A stretch of 64,000 nucleotides of DNA, taken from contig JAGBDC010000006.1 of the NCBI GenBank assembly GCA_017937705.1, positions 30,422-94,421 on the forward strand, in the 5' to 3' direction. The notes beneath the pieces were generated by a model. That model saw only the letters and a program-made list of their open reading frames with translations, was not told the origin of the DNA and made no database searches. The translations under genes and the position numbers were made by a program. Below, piece by piece: positions 28,456 through 40,600 of the stretch (its first letter is position 1; each line of letters starts with the position of its first letter). The DNA is from Alphaproteobacteria bacterium. Its GTDB lineage: Bacteria > Pseudomonadota > Alphaproteobacteria > RF32 > CAG-239.

Positions 28456-31266
28456 ATGATGGAATATATAGATATAAAAGGTGCAAGAGAACATAATCTT
28501 AAAAATATTGATATAAAAATCCCTAAAAACAAACTGACTGTTATAACCGGAATATCAGGCTCGGGAAAGTCTTCTTTAGCTTTCGATACAATTTATGCTG
28601 AAGGTCAACGCAGATATGTTGAAAGTTTGTCGGCATACGCTCGTCAATTTTTAGATTTGATGAAAAAACCTGAAGTGGATTCCATTGAAGGATTATCTCC
28701 CGCCATCTCCATTGAACAAAAAACAACTTCTCATAACCCTCGTTCCACCGTCGGTACAATTACCGAAATATATGATTATATGCGGCTGTTATGGGCAAGA
28801 GCCGGAACTCCCTATTCTCCAGCAACGGGACTTCCGATTGAATCTCAAACAGTTTCACAAATGGTCGACGCTATTATGGAACTTCCGGAAGGAAATAAAG
28901 TTATGCTTTTAGCTCCTATTGCACGAGGTAAAAAAGGAGAATTTAAAAAAGAATTTGAAAATTTAAGAAGACAAGGATTTCAGCGTATAAAAATCGATGG
29001 GGATTTATATAGTCTTGATGAAACTCCGGAATTAAATAAGAATCAAAAACACAACATTGAAGTTATTGTCGATCGTATAGTAATAAAAGCAGGGCTTGAA
29101 GAACGTTTATCACAATCAATAGAAACTGCTCTCAAATTAAGTGACGGACTTTTATTTGTTGAAAATATAAGCATTGGTGAAATAAAAACTTATTCTTCCA
29201 AATTTGCTTGTCCTGTTTCCGGATTTACCATTGAAGAAATCGAACCCAGATTATTTTCATTTAATAATCCTTATGGTGCTTGTCCTCATTGTGACGGGAT
29301 AGGTGCGAGGTTATATATGGATCCGGAGCTAATTGTGCCTAATCCTAATCTCTCAATTTCAAAAGGGGCTATTGCGCCTTGGGATGCCGGACGTTCTGCA
29401 TTTTATAGTCAAACAATTACCTCTTTATGCGACTTTTTGGGAATTGATAATAAGACTCCTTGGAAAGATATTCCTGAAAAAGCAAAAAACATTATTCTCT
29501 ATGGTTCGGGAAATGTATGTATTCCGATGTATTATTCTCGTTTTGTAACCGACAAACCTTTTGAAGGCGTAATCCCTAATATGGAACGTCGATTTTTGGA
29601 AACAGACTCAAGTTGGGTAAGAGAAGAATTTTCAAAATATCAATCTGCTGCAACCTGTGATTACTGTAAGGGCAAACGCTTAAAACCGGAAGCTTTGGCT
29701 ATTAAGATTTGCGGACTTGATATTATGGATGCATCAGAAATGTCTATCAAACAGGCTTTGGAATGGTTCTCAAAAGTGGAAGGACAATTATCGCCTAAAA
29801 AAGCAGAAATAGCATCTAAAATCTTAAAAGAAATAATTGAACGTTTGCAATTTTTGAATAATGTCGGGTTGGAATATTTAACACTTTCCAGACAATCCGG
29901 TTCTCTATCCGGCGGAGAAGCTCAAAGAATACGCCTGGCTTCACAAATCGGTTCAGGACTAACAGGTGTTATGTATGTTTTAGATGAACCGTCTATCGGT
30001 TTACATCAAAGAGATAATGACCGCTTGTTGTCAACATTAAATCGTTTACGAGACATTGGAAATACGGTTATTGTTGTAGAACACGATGAAGATGCAATTA
30101 AAACTGCTGATTTTTTAGTGGATATGGGGCCCGGAGCCGGAGAAAACGGCGGAAAAATTATGGCACAAGGTACTGTTGATGAGGTTTTGAAAAATCAAGA
30201 TAGTATCACTGCGCAATATATTACCGGAAAAAAAGAAATATCTGTTCCAATTCGTCGCAGAAACGGAAATGGAAAATTTATCGAAATTACCGGAGCAAAA
30301 ACCAATAATCTTAAAAACGTTGATTTGAAAATTCCTTTAGGAACTTTTACTTGTGTTACCGGAGTTTCGGGCGGTGGAAAATCTTCGCTAATATTGGAAA
30401 CACTTTTTAAGGCTATCAATAAAGAGCTTAACGGAAGTCGAGAACATGTCGGAAAATATGATAAGCTATTAGGGCTTGAAAATATTGACAAAGTTATAGA
30501 TATAGACCAATCCCCAATCGGTAGAACACCTCGCTCAAATCCGGCAACTTATACCGGTGTATTTTCTTATATTCGAGAATGGTTTGCCGGACTTCCCGAA
30601 GCAAAAGCAAGAGGATATTCTCCCGGAAGATTTTCTTTTAATGTCGCCGGCGGAAGATGTGAAGCTTGCCAAGGTGACGGAGTTACTAAAATAGAAATGC
30701 ACTTCTTGCCCGATGTTTATGTGGCTTGTGATGTTTGCAAAGGCAAACGCTTCAATCGTGAAACTTTAGAAGTAAAATATAAAGGAAAATCAATAGCCGA
30801 TGTTCTTGATATGACCGTTGATGAGGCTCACACCTTTTTTGAAGCAATTCCGTCTATTAAGAATCGTTTGGAACTACTGCAAAAAGTTGGTCTGGGCTAC
30901 ATACATCTCGGACAATCGGCAACCACACTATCCGGTGGTGAAGCTCAACGAATTAAACTATCGAAAGAATTATCTAAAAAAGCAACCGGAAAAACTTTAT
31001 ATATTTTAGATGAACCTACAACAGGCTTGCATTTTGAAGACATAAGTAAATTACTGAAAGTTCTGCAAACTCTTGTTGAACAAGGTAATACTGTTATTGT
31101 TATCGAACACAATTTAGATGTTATCAAAGTAGCTGATCATATTGTAGATATGGGACCGGAAGGTGGCGACGGAGGAGGAAAAATTGTTGTACAGGGAACT
31201 CCGGAGGAAGTAGCAAAATCCCCCAAAAGCTATACGGGAAAATATTTGCGTGAAAAACTAAAATAA
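28456..31266 (+). CDS. uvrA: excinuclease ABC subunit UvrA
   Basis: Two ABC ATPase modules ([18 protein letters not shown]) and LSGGEAQR signatures. AGGAGA RBS precedes ATG 28456, so the 31-codon extension from 28363 is rejected. Confidence 0.95.
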   Translation: MMEYIDIKGAREHNLKNIDIKIPKNKLTVITGISGSGKSSLAFDTIYAEGQRRYVESLSAYARQFLDLMKKPEVDSIEGLSPAISIEQKTTSHNPRSTVGTITEIYDYMRLLWARAGTPYSPATGLPIESQTVSQMVDAIMELPEGNKVMLLAPIARGKKGEFKKEFENLRRQGFQRIKIDGDLYSLDETPELNKNQKHNIEVIVDRIVIKAGLEERLSQSIETALKLSDGLLFVENISIGEIKTYSSKFACPVSGFTIEEIEPRLFSFNNPYGACPHCDGIGARLYMDPELIVPNPNLSISKGAIAPWDAGRSAFYSQTITSLCDFLGIDNKTPWKDIPEKAKNIILYGSGNVCIPMYYSRFVTDKPFEGVIPNMERRFLETDSSWVREEFSKYQSAATCDYCKGKRLKPEALAIKICGLDIMDASEMSIKQALEWFSKVEGQLSPKKAEIASKILKEIIERLQFLNNVGLEYLTLSRQSGSLSGGEAQRIRLASQIGSGLTGVMYVLDEPSIGLHQRDNDRLLSTLNRLRDIGNTVIVVEHDEDAIKTADFLVDMGPGAGENGGKIMAQGTVDEVLKNQDSITAQYITGKKEISVPIRRRNGNGKFIEITGAKTNNLKNVDLKIPLGTFTCVTGVSGGGKSSLILETLFKAINKELNGSREHVGKYDKLLGLENIDKVIDIDQSPIGRTPRSNPATYTGVFSYIREWFAGLPEAKARGYSPGRFSFNVAGGRCEACQGDGVTKIEMHFLPDVYVACDVCKGKRFNRETLEVKYKGKSIADVLDMTVDEAHTFFEAIPSIKNRLELLQKVGLGYIHLGQSATTLSGGEAQRIKLSKELSKKATGKTLYILDEPTTGLHFEDISKLLKVLQTLVEQGNTVIVIEHNLDVIKVADHIVDMGPEGGDGGGKIVVQGTPEEVAKSPKSYTGKYLREKLK

Positions 31267-31306
31267 AAAAATAAACCGCTTTGAAAGACGAATCAAAGCG
31301 GTTTTT
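31265..31306. terminator. bidirectional intrinsic terminator
   Basis: AAACCGCTTTGA / TCAAAGCGGTTT 12-bp stem with A and T runs on both sides. Confidence 0.75.
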
Positions 31307-31322
31307 ATTAATCTCGTATGCA

Positions 31323-31478
31323 TTATCGCACACATTTTAATTGTTTTAAAATCGTTGAATAATGTTTTTTTAGGCTTTCATAGGTTTCTTTTGAAATCAT
31401 CCCCTCTGAAAAACTGTGACGATAAAAATCCAATTTATCCTCAACCGTTTTTACGGCACCAACATCAATCTTTTTCAT
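31323..31478 (-). CDS. possible 51-aa ORF (SHOCT-like motif), not in the ORF track
   Basis: MKKIDVGAVKTVEDKLDFYRHSFSEGMISKETYESLKKHYSTILKQLKCVR. No clear SD. G-M-I-S-x-E-x-Y...K resembles the SHOCT short C-terminal domain. The call is weak. Confidence 0.25.
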   Translation of the reverse strand: MKKIDVGAVKTVEDKLDFYRHSFSEGMISKETYESLKKHYSTILKQLKCVR

Positions 31479-31564
31479 AGCTAAATAAGGTATAAATTAT
31501 AAAATATCTTCGCAACAAATATATTATTTTGTCTAGTATGTCAATACCGATTTTATATCTGCAT

Positions 31565-32404
31565 TTATCTATTTTTCTGAGCGGCTTGGCTCAAAGCATC
31601 TAAATTAACAACTTTTATTCCTTGAGTTGTCGGATTCTTCTTACAATATCCAAGACATAGATTTTCTTCGTCTAAATCAGCTCCTCTAAAACCCATCATA
31701 CTTGATTCATTACCATTTGCTACTTCAAGGAACTCTTCATGTGTCAGACCGGTATTATATACTCTGGGCATTGAACAATTCCTTGAATTAAAAGGATCAA
31801 ATAAAAGCATTTTTCCGTTATCTTCAATCATTAAAAAATGATGTTCTTCCCAACCTTTCCACTTTGGTTTTTCTTCTCCGGTTTCTTTATCTTTAAATGT
31901 TTTTCCCTGAAGCAATGTTCCCGAACATAAATACGATTTTATTCCGCAAGATTGTAAATATGCCTGTGACAGAATAGCACTTTCCGTACACATTCCCATA
32001 CCACTAAACATCATAGTTGATAGTTTTACACCATCTTTGTTTTTTTCATCACACAAAACGGACATTCTTTCACCGCTGTCCGTTTTTACATTAAGCATTG
32101 ATATTTCATCTTGAATACAGGAAATTCTCAAATACAATTCCGGAGTGATTCCTAAATCTTCTGCTTCTTTTTTAATGTTTCTATAAGTCGATACACCTCC
32201 AAAATGTCTGTTTCGTTTTTTATATTCATATCGAGAAGTAGCTCTTTCAAAAATTTCAGAAAAAGAAGATATATCCGCAATAATATCACTGCCTCCTGAC
32301 TGGAAAGGAAAGGCTTTCTGGTTATACGGAGATGTCGGAATTTTATCCCCTTCCTTTATATCTGTTATTAGATGACAAATATCACTATTATTAGCTACAC
32401 GCAT
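31565..32404 (-). CDS. putative transglutaminase/papain-fold Cys-His-Asp protein
   Basis: AGGTG RBS. Candidate triad Cys139 (GMGMCTESA), His188/189 (WEEHHFLMIE) and Asp203 (LLFDPFN), with spacing typical of transglutaminase-like cores. Only 8 nt separate it from the upstream gene. Confidence 0.55.
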   Translation of the reverse strand: MRVANNSDICHLITDIKEGDKIPTSPYNQKAFPFQSGGSDIIADISSFSEIFERATSRYEYKKRNRHFGGVSTYRNIKKEAEDLGITPELYLRISCIQDEISMLNVKTDSGERMSVLCDEKNKDGVKLSTMMFSGMGMCTESAILSQAYLQSCGIKSYLCSGTLLQGKTFKDKETGEEKPKWKGWEEHHFLMIEDNGKMLLFDPFNSRNCSMPRVYNTGLTHEEFLEVANGNESSMMGFRGADLDEENLCLGYCKKNPTTQGIKVVNLDALSQAAQKNR

Positions 32405-32412
32405 AACAACAC

Positions 32413-33129
32413 CTATTTAGTTGTTTCTACTTCTTCAAGACTTTTGAATATGCGTTTAGTCATATCAATTCTTTTCTGATCACTCATGCTTATAAAATCT
32501 TCTTTAGTGATATGAACCATATCTTTGCGAGTTTTACGGCCTTTTAATGCTGTATTCATCCATTTAGGATAAGTATGAAATACGAGTAATTTTCTTTCGT
32601 CCATCATAAAAATAAGTTCATACGGTGTTTTTTTAGAATTATCAAAAGCCATAGATACATCGCTTAAACGCAACATATCGGGAAAACGTTTCATAATATT
32701 GGGAAATCTGCGTTCAATATCATCGGTAGGAACATCATGTCCACCGTTTTTAACTCTTTGTTGTACACGCAAATATGACAAATGAGCTGAAGATAGCCCG
32801 ATAAAAATTGAAGCTACATTATAACCTAACTCTTTTGCATCTTCAATTAGCTTCAAATGTGTTCTTCCCGAAGCTGTGGTTTCATATATAAAAGTTTGTT
32901 TCTTATCCAATTTTTCACGCAAACGATTACGAATATTTCGACCGGCTTCAAACATATAATCATTTACGTCTCCGTCTTCACCGGCTAATTCTTTCGCTTC
33001 ATTATCCAAATTTATAAATTCTGCCTTTTTGAAAAAAGGATCATCTTTCAAAACTTGGTCATAAAAGGTAGATTTTCCTGCTCCGTTAGGACCGGCAATA
33101 ACAATCATCCACGGTTTTGATTTAGCCAT
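32413..33129 (-). CDS. zeta-toxin-family / COG4185-type P-loop protein
   Basis: Walker A IAGPNGAGKSTF near the N-terminus of a ~240-aa protein. Start MAKSKPW at 33129 overlaps the stop of the upstream small ORF. Confidence 0.65.
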   Translation of the reverse strand: MAKSKPWMIVIAGPNGAGKSTFYDQVLKDDPFFKKAEFINLDNEAKELAGEDGDVNDYMFEAGRNIRNRLREKLDKKQTFIYETTASGRTHLKLIEDAKELGYNVASIFIGLSSAHLSYLRVQQRVKNGGHDVPTDDIERRFPNIMKRFPDMLRLSDVSMAFDNSKKTPYELIFMMDERKLLVFHTYPKWMNTALKGRKTRKDMVHITKEDFISMSDQKRIDMTKRIFKSLEEVETTK

Positions 33130-33301
33130 TGTAAACCCCCGCAATATGTTCATTATAGTCTTTATCTAAAGTAACAATATAACGAGTACCATCTTTTTCT
33201 TCCTTAATGATACAGTCGTTTTCTTCGTAATATTTAGGATAGGTGTCTATCTCTATTTTACCTTGTAATCTGACAAATTTTCTTTTGAAATATTCAAACA
33301 T
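33122..33301 (-). CDS. 59-aa ORF, candidate antitoxin/partner (below the ORF-track cutoff)
   Basis: AGGAGA sits 6 nt upstream of the ATG at 33301. Sequence MFEYFKRKFVRLQGKIEIDTYPKYYEENDCIIKEEKDGTRYIVTLDKDYNEHIAGVYNG. Its TAA overlaps the downstream ATG region (8-nt overlap). Confidence 0.55.
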   Translation of the reverse strand: MFEYFKRKFVRLQGKIEIDTYPKYYEENDCIIKEEKDGTRYIVTLDKDYNEHIAGVYNG

Positions 33302-33351
33302 TATTATCTCCTATACCGAACAATAATAATCTATTTTTGTCAAAAAAGCAA

Positions 33352-33390
33352 ACAAAAAAGCGGTCTTGATTACAAAATCAAAACCGCTTT
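33352..33390 (-). terminator. intrinsic terminator after gyrA
   Basis: AAGCGGT.TTGAT / ATCAA.ACCGCTT hairpin followed by a T-run on the minus strand. Confidence 0.7.
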
Positions 33391-33408
33391 AATCATCAGA
33401 AGAATAAA

Positions 33409-36240
33409 CTAATCTTCTTCATTTTGAGTTGCTGGCTCTGTAACTGTTTCAGCATTATCACTTTCGTCAGTTACGCTCTCTCCCAAAACTTCTGAACCGG
33501 TTTCGTTTTCCAATTCTTCTTCATCTTTTGAGTCGGCATCTAACCAAGTGACTGAAACAACTTGCTCATCTTCCGCTGTGCGGAACAAAATTACACCTTG
33601 AGTTTTACGTCCGGCAATTCTAATATCTTCCACCGGCATACGAATAAGTTTTCCGCCATCGGTAACCATCATAATTTGGTTATTATCCTCAATCGGGAAA
33701 GAACTTACCACCTCTTTATTTCTCGGTGACATTTCCATATTAGCAATACCCGAACCGCCACGACCGGTTACACGATATTCATAAGAAGATGAACGTTTAC
33801 CATATCCGGTACAAGTAACGGTTAAGATAAACTGTTCATTTGCTTGCATTTCTTCAAATTCTTCTGCACTAAGAATATTTAGCAAACCGGTGTCTGTTGC
33901 TTTAACTGTTACGGTATTACCATTTTCTGCTTCCATACGTTTGATAGCGGAAGAAATACGAGAATATTCATCACGTTGTTCTGCCGTTGCATCACTGTGT
34001 TTTAATACTGACATTGAGATAACTTCATCTTTATCAGCCAGTTTAATACCTCGAACACCGACAGAATTACGTCCGACAAATACACGAACATCGGTAACAG
34101 GGAAACGAATACATTTACCGCCACGAGTTGCCAACATAATGTCATCGTTTTCATCGCAAATACGAACATTGATAAGTTTATCATCTTCGTCAAGTTTCAT
34201 TGCAATCTTACCGTTTGACTGAACATTGACAAAGTCCATAAGACTGTTTCGACGAACCATACCGCTCTTAGTTGAGAATACGATAGACATATCTTTGCAA
34301 TCTGCTTCATTTTCCGGCAAACGCATAATTGTCGTAATGTTTTCGCCTTCATCTAACGGTAACAAGTTTACAAAAGGTTTGCCTTTTGATGTAGGAGAAC
34401 CTAAAGGTAATTTGTATACTTTTAGTTTATATACCAAACCTTTTGATGAGAAGAATAATACCGGAGCATGAGTAGATGCAACAAATAAACGAGATACAAA
34501 ATCTTCTTCTTTTGTTGACATACCGGACTTACCTTTACCGCCTCGTTTTTGTGCTTTATAAGCATTTAACGGAACACGTTTGATATAACCTGCATCGGTA
34601 ACGGTAACGACCATTTCTTCTCTTTGAATTAATGATTCAACATCTTGATCATATTCAATATCTTCAATTTTTGTGCGACGAGGAGTTGCATATTCATCTT
34701 TGATTGCAAATAATTCGTCACGCATAATGCCATAAAGTTTTTCTCTACTTGCCAAAATTGAAAGACATTCTTTGATTTCCTCACCCAAGTTTACTAATTC
34801 TTGATGAATTTTATCACGTTCCAAACCTGTTAAACGTTGTAATTTCAAATCAAGAATAGCTTTAGCTTGAGCATCTGAGAGATAATAGTGGCCATTTTCA
34901 ACTTTTCTGTCCGGTTCATCAATTAAGATAACCAACGGTTCAACGTCACCTGCCGGCCAAGCTCTTGAAACAAGTGCTTCTTTAGCTTCTTGAGGAGACG
35001 GAGCTGTACGAATGAGTTCAATAACCGGATCAATATTTTCAACGGCAATAGCTAAACCAACCAAAGTATGAGCTCTGTCACGAGCTTTATTCAGTTGATA
35101 AATTGTACGACGACGAATAACCTCTTCACGAAATTCGATAAATGCGGCGATAATTTCTTTTAAGTTCATCATCATCGGACGTCCGCCGTTAATAGCCAAC
35201 ATATTCATACCGAAACTTGTTTGTAACGGAGTATATTTATAAAGTTGATTTAAGATAACATCGGCTTGAAAATCTCTCTTAACTTCAATAACGACACGAA
35301 CACCTTGACGGTCAGATTCATCACGAATATCAGAAATGCCTTCAAGTCTTTTTTCTTTAACCAATTCGGCAATTCTTTGAACTAAAGCTGCCTTGTTAAC
35401 TTGATATGGAATTTCGTGAACAATGATGGCTTCTTTATCTTTGCGAACTTCTTCAATAGTGCATTTTGCACGCATCATAACCGAACCGCGACCGGTATAA
35501 TATGCAGATTTTGCACCGCCTTGTCCCAAAATAAGACCTCCGGTCGGAAAATCCGGTCCCGGAACATAGTTTATAAGTTCGTCGATAGTAATGTCCGGAT
35601 TGTCAATATAAGCACAACAAGCCGAAATAATTTCACCCAAGTTATGAGGAGGAATATTGGTTGCCATACCAACAGCAATACCGTTTGTACCATTAACCAA
35701 TAAGTTAGGATAACGAGCAGGAAGAACTGTCGGTTCTTGTAAGCTTTCGTCATAGTTAGGCATAAAATCAACGGTATCTTCGTCAATATCCTCAATTAAT
35801 GCGTGAGCAACTTTGGCTAAACGTGCTTCGGTATAACGCATGGCAGCGGCACTATCTCCATCCATAGAACCAAAGTTTCCTTGTCCGTCAATCATCGGAA
35901 CACGCATTGAGAATGGCTGTGCCATACGAACCATTGCATCATAAACTGAACTGTCACCGTGCGGGTGATATTTACCCAAAACATCACCGACGATGCGGGC
36001 AGATTTTCTAAACGGACGATTATAGTCATAACCGTTTTCATACATTGAATAAATGATACGACGATGAACCGGTTTCAAACCATCTCGAACATCAGGAAGC
36101 GCACGAGAAACAATAACACTCATTGCATAGTCGAGATATGAACGGCGCATTTCTTCCGAAATGTCAATCGGAGTAATATCTTGAGCCGGTTTATCAACAA
36201 CATTGGCTGTAATATTTTCATCCATAATTTCTTCTGTCAT
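33409..36240 (-). CDS. gyrA: DNA gyrase subunit A
   Basis: [23 protein letters not shown] and the QRDR-like block [18 protein letters not shown]-terminal beta-pinwheel region with an acidic tail. Confidence 0.95.
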   Translation of the reverse strand: MTEEIMDENITANVVDKPAQDITPIDISEEMRRSYLDYAMSVIVSRALPDVRDGLKPVHRRIIYSMYENGYDYNRPFRKSARIVGDVLGKYHPHGDSSVYDAMVRMAQPFSMRVPMIDGQGNFGSMDGDSAAAMRYTEARLAKVAHALIEDIDEDTVDFMPNYDESLQEPTVLPARYPNLLVNGTNGIAVGMATNIPPHNLGEIISACCAYIDNPDITIDELINYVPGPDFPTGGLILGQGGAKSAYYTGRGSVMMRAKCTIEEVRKDKEAIIVHEIPYQVNKAALVQRIAELVKEKRLEGISDIRDESDRQGVRVVIEVKRDFQADVILNQLYKYTPLQTSFGMNMLAINGGRPMMMNLKEIIAAFIEFREEVIRRRTIYQLNKARDRAHTLVGLAIAVENIDPVIELIRTAPSPQEAKEALVSRAWPAGDVEPLVILIDEPDRKVENGHYYLSDAQAKAILDLKLQRLTGLERDKIHQELVNLGEEIKECLSILASREKLYGIMRDELFAIKDEYATPRRTKIEDIEYDQDVESLIQREEMVVTVTDAGYIKRVPLNAYKAQKRGGKGKSGMSTKEEDFVSRLFVASTHAPVLFFSSKGLVYKLKVYKLPLGSPTSKGKPFVNLLPLDEGENITTIMRLPENEADCKDMSIVFSTKSGMVRRNSLMDFVNVQSNGKIAMKLDEDDKLINVRICDENDDIMLATRGGKCIRFPVTDVRVFVGRNSVGVRGIKLADKDEVISMSVLKHSDATAEQRDEYSRISSAIKRMEAENGNTVTVKATDTGLLNILSAEEFEEMQANEQFILTVTCTGYGKRSSSYEYRVTGRGGSGIANMEMSPRNKEVVSSFPIEDNNQIMMVTDGGKLIRMPVEDIRIAGRKTQGVILFRTAEDEQVVSVTWLDADSKDEEELENETGSEVLGESVTDESDNAETVTEPATQNEED

Positions 36241-36439
36241 CTTTTTACCTTATTTTGTTATTTTACTGCCCGATAATATAACAGATTAATAGTAAACTGA
36301 CACATTTTTATTAAACTTATCCCCGACAAAAACAGGCAAAAATCGCTGTACGAGCAAAAAAAATGCCTTAAAATCGATTTTTTAGAAAAAACGGATATAA
36401 AAGTTAACAGAAAATTTTGAAAATTCTTCTGTACGGGCA

Positions 36440-36482
36440 AAAAAAGGGCAAAAAAGAACAGGTGCCGATAAACGACACCTGT
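36440..36482 (-). terminator. intrinsic terminator of the 36504-37550 gene
   Basis: ACAGGTG / CACCTGT stem followed on the minus strand by TCTTTTTTGCCCTTTTTTT. Confidence 0.65.
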
Positions 36483-36503
36483 ATCTCCCAATTCCAACAA
36501 GGA

Positions 36504-37550
36504 TTAGCCGATAATCTTGCGGAAAGCCTCGACCTGAGTCAAAGGAATCCCCTGCTCCTTCAACGTGATATACACATTGCGGTGCGTTTCCTCGTTTGAA
36601 GGAACGGTCAGCAACCATCCGTCAACGGTACCGAAAGGACGGATGTTACGCCAGTTAACCAGCGAACCCATGGTGAGAGCCTCATTCATGAAGTTCATCT
36701 GCTCGGCAGTAAACACCATCTTGCCACCACTCTTAACCGCCATGTGAATAGCGAGGTAGTAGCCACCGGCATTGGCATTGTTAATCGGATAGAGAATCTC
36801 CTCGCCGTCCTTGATAACCAAGAGCGATGGACCATTCTCCATAAAGCCGAGAACAAGCACAACCTGTCCCTCTGTACGCATCTCACGGAACTTTGCGATT
36901 GCCGCATTCTGTGGAGCGAAGTCGTTAGACTTATCACCACGTGTGCGTGAGCGCAAGCCGTGGAATACTACGAAAGTGTGGCGACCGTCAGCCTCAAGCA
37001 TAAGACGCTCGGCAGTGTCCTCAAACTGTTCGACAGTATTCTCCTTCCAACCGGTTGGCTGAGTATAATCAGCAACACGTCCACCGAAGAAGAAGTAATA
37101 CTCCGGACGATTTTCGAAAATGCTATCGAAAACTTCCTTTGTATTGTTGTCGATGAAGTCATGACACCACTCCTCCATCTGCTTCTTGGTAGGACATGCC
37201 ACCATATCAGCAGGAACGAGAATAAGCTCACGGCGTGTCGCTGCCTTGTACTTATCCAACTCACACTGAGGTGCGATGATTGTAAGAAGATGGCAGCTGA
37301 GGGCATCGAGATTCTCTCCGCTATAGCGGTCAGTAGCCAAAATCATCTCCTGTCCGTTTCCGTACTTCTTAAGAAGCTCATACCCCATGTTACCGGCAGA
37401 AACAAGAACCGAATCATTCGGAAGTTTCTCTATATCGTTTGCGTCGATAACTTTGTCATGAGGACAGCAAGCTGCCATAGCACGAACTGATGATGAATAA
37501 CCCTTGTTAGACTCCTCGTTTGTGAGGAAAAAGTAATTTTTAGTAATCAT
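36504..37550 (-). CDS. hypothetical protein with foreign composition and codon usage
   Basis: 348-aa ORF. Lys is mostly AAG, Glu GAG, Phe TTC and Ile ATC, unlike the neighbours. Six alternative-frame ORFs of 60 aa or more overlap it. No SD. No family recognised. Confidence 0.75.
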   Translation of the reverse strand: MITKNYFFLTNEESNKGYSSSVRAMAACCPHDKVIDANDIEKLPNDSVLVSAGNMGYELLKKYGNGQEMILATDRYSGENLDALSCHLLTIIAPQCELDKYKAATRRELILVPADMVACPTKKQMEEWCHDFIDNNTKEVFDSIFENRPEYYFFFGGRVADYTQPTGWKENTVEQFEDTAERLMLEADGRHTFVVFHGLRSRTRGDKSNDFAPQNAAIAKFREMRTEGQVVLVLGFMENGPSLLVIKDGEEILYPINNANAGGYYLAIHMAVKSGGKMVFTAEQMNFMNEALTMGSLVNWRNIRPFGTVDGWLLTVPSNEETHRNVYITLKEQGIPLTQVEAFRKIIG

Positions 37551-37630
37551 ATGTATAAATAATTAATTGTTTAGACTTTTATTATCCTAAAAATTAGACA
37601 AAAAGTCAAGATATAAATAATCGTTACATC

Positions 37631-37666
37631 AAAAAAAATCGCCTTGAATTTCAAAGCGATTTTTTT
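37631..37666. terminator. bidirectional intrinsic terminator after the RND pump gene
   Basis: AATCGC.TTGAA / TTCAA.GCGATT hairpin flanked by A8 and T6. Confidence 0.65.
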
Positions 37667-37670
37667 GTTA

Positions 37671-40600
37671 TTATTCCGTTATTTCTTTTTTAGGAAACAG
37701 TTTTTCGGTTATTGTTTGGAACAACACGTACAACATTGGAATAATTATTAATCCGGCTGCTGTACCGATTAGCATTCCATAAAATACCGGAACACCGATT
37801 GCAATACGGCTGTTTGCTCCTGCTCCCGTTGCCACCACCATCGGTAACACACCCAAAATAAAGGTGAAAGCAGTCATTAATACCGCACGGAAACGTTCTT
37901 TTAATCCTACAATGGCTGCTTTTACTATTGAGGTTCCTCTTTCTCTCTCTTCCTTAGAAAATTCCACAATCAAAATAGCATTTTTAGCCGCCAAACCTAC
38001 TAATAACACCAAACCAAGTTGAGCATAAATAGACAACGGCAAACTATGAATAAACAAACCTAACAAGGCTCCTAACATAGCCACAGATACCGATGCTAAT
38101 ACCGGAATTGGAGTTGACCAACTTTCATATTGTGCAACCAAGAACAAATAAGCAAAAGTAATTGCCAACAAAATCAAAGTCCCGATTGTTCCTTGGTTTT
38201 CTCTTTCTTGGAAACTCATACCTGACCAATCAAAGCTATAGTCTTCAGACAAAGTTTCCTTTGCAAGTTGTTCCAATCCGGCCATTGCTTCACCGGTACT
38301 AATCCCCGGACGAGCAACTGCATTTATGGTGGCAGACGGATATTGGTTATAACGAGTAACAACACGTGGACCGAGATTTTTACGCAAGCTAATCATACCT
38401 CCCAACGGAACCATTTGTCCCTCTGTATTTTTTACATAGAGATTATTGATACTGTTAATATCTTTTCGGAACGGCCAATCAGATTGAACAACAACTTTAT
38501 TAACCTGTGTACCGAAGTTCACATCGTTGATATATGAAGAACCGAGATATTGTCCCAATGCACCATATATATCACCTACGGAAGTTTTCATTGATTCTGC
38601 TTTTTCTCTGTTTACGTCAACAAAAATTTGCGGAGTTTTTGCATTATATGTTGAGAAAGCATAACTCAAATACGGAGATGTATTCATTCTGCCTAATAAC
38701 ATTTGCAATGCGCTGTCCAATAACAACGGATCACTGCTGTTTAATGCTTGTAAACGGAAATCTAAACCATTTGTACTACCTAAACCGGGAATAGCAGGAA
38801 ATTCAAACAAGTTTACATTTGCTTCCGGTGTTGTTTTAGCAATTTCAGCTCTGATTTTATTCAAAATATTAGTTGATAGCAACGCTTCATCGGTTCTTTC
38901 ACTCCAAGGATCAAGAATAACAATCATGAAAGCTGCATTTTCGCCACCGCCACCAATCATACTCATACCTGAAATGTTCATTACGTGAGCAACACCGGTT
39001 TCGTTTTTGGCAATTTTAGCAATTCTTTCTACGACTTTTTCGGTACGTTCACGAGAAGCACCTTCCGGTAACTGCATATCAATCATAAATACACCTTGGT
39101 CTTCTTCCGGAATAAATGCTGTTTGAGCTATATTCAATATTCCGTAAATACAGAAAATAATTAATCCCAAAATGGTAGCAATTACACTAATCTTTTTGCT
39201 GGCAAAAGCTGTAATTGCCGTATATTTATCACGAGATTTTTCCAATGCTTTAGAGAACCAAAACATCGGCCCGCTGGTATATGGTTTCAGAGGTCTTAAC
39301 ATTGTTGCACACAAAGCCGGAGACAATGTTAAAGCATTTAATGATGAAAACGAAACCGAAGCCGAAATTGCAATCGCAAATTGTTGATAAATTTTACCGG
39401 TAATTCCTCCCATAAAAGCAATAGGTACAAAAATCGCCAACAAAACCAATGTGGTGGCAATAATAGCACCTGACACTTGTTCCATTGCTTTGATAGTTGC
39501 CTGTTTAGGAGAAAGATTTTCGTTTTCCATAAGGAACAAAACACGTTCTACCACCACAATCGCATCATCAACCACCAAACCGATTGCCAATACCAAACCG
39601 AATAAAGTCAAAATATTAAGACTGAATCCCATTGCCAGCAAAACAGCAAAAGTTGCAAATAATGATACGGGAATGGTTAAAGTCGGAACCAAAGTTGAAC
39701 GCCAATCCTGTAAAAAGATATAGCATACAAATACTACTAAGACGAAAGTCAAAATAAGGGTCCATACAACTTCTTCAATAGAAGTTTTGATATATCTGGT
39801 TGCATCATAAGCTACGATAAGCTCAAAATCTTCCGGATACATAGACTCTAAACGTTCCATTTCTTTGCGCAAATTATTCATTGCTTCAATAGCATTTGCG
39901 CCTGACAATAAGTTAACGGCAATAGCTACTGACGGAGCAAGGTCAAATTGAGATTTTGCACGATAATCTTCTTCTCCGATTTCAATTCTGGCAACATCTT
40001 TCAAACGAACCAAACCGCCTTCTTCATTAGTGCGAACGATGATATTTTCAAAGTCCTCAACTTTATTCAAACGTCCGGTTGATTGAAGTGTATAAACCAT
40101 TTGTTGTGTACCATCACCGGGCATTGCTCCGACTTTACCCAATGAAGGTTGAATATTTTGACTTCTGATTGCATTTGCAACCGCCGATACCGGCATATTC
40201 AAAGCAGCGATTTTATCGGCATTTAACCAAACACGCATACCCAACGGAGGAGCATAAACATTAGCTTCACCCACACCGTTAACACGGATAATGTTTTTCT
40301 TAATATTGTTTTGAACGTAGTTACTCAACTCGAGTGCATTCATTGAACCTTTGGGAGAACGAGCCGTCAAAAAGCCCAAAATGTCGGTAGAACGTCTGAA
40401 AACGGTAACACCATGTTGTTGTACCTCGGTCGGTAATTTTGACAAAGCCTGTTGCACACGATTTTGAGTTTTAACTTGTGCCAAGTCGGGATCAACACCA
40501 ACCTTAAACGTAACGGTCAAATGGTAACTTCCGTTTGCATCAGATTTAGAATCCATATACAACATATCTTCAACACCGTTAACAGCCTCTTCTAACGGAA

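Noticed and set aside
36565-37490. Six alternative-frame ORFs (both strands) inside the 36504-37550 gene
   Set aside because: They are a by-product of the locally higher GC content, which depletes stop codons. Only the 348-aa frame spans the whole block and has its own terminator. The pile-up is used as evidence of foreign composition, not as genes.
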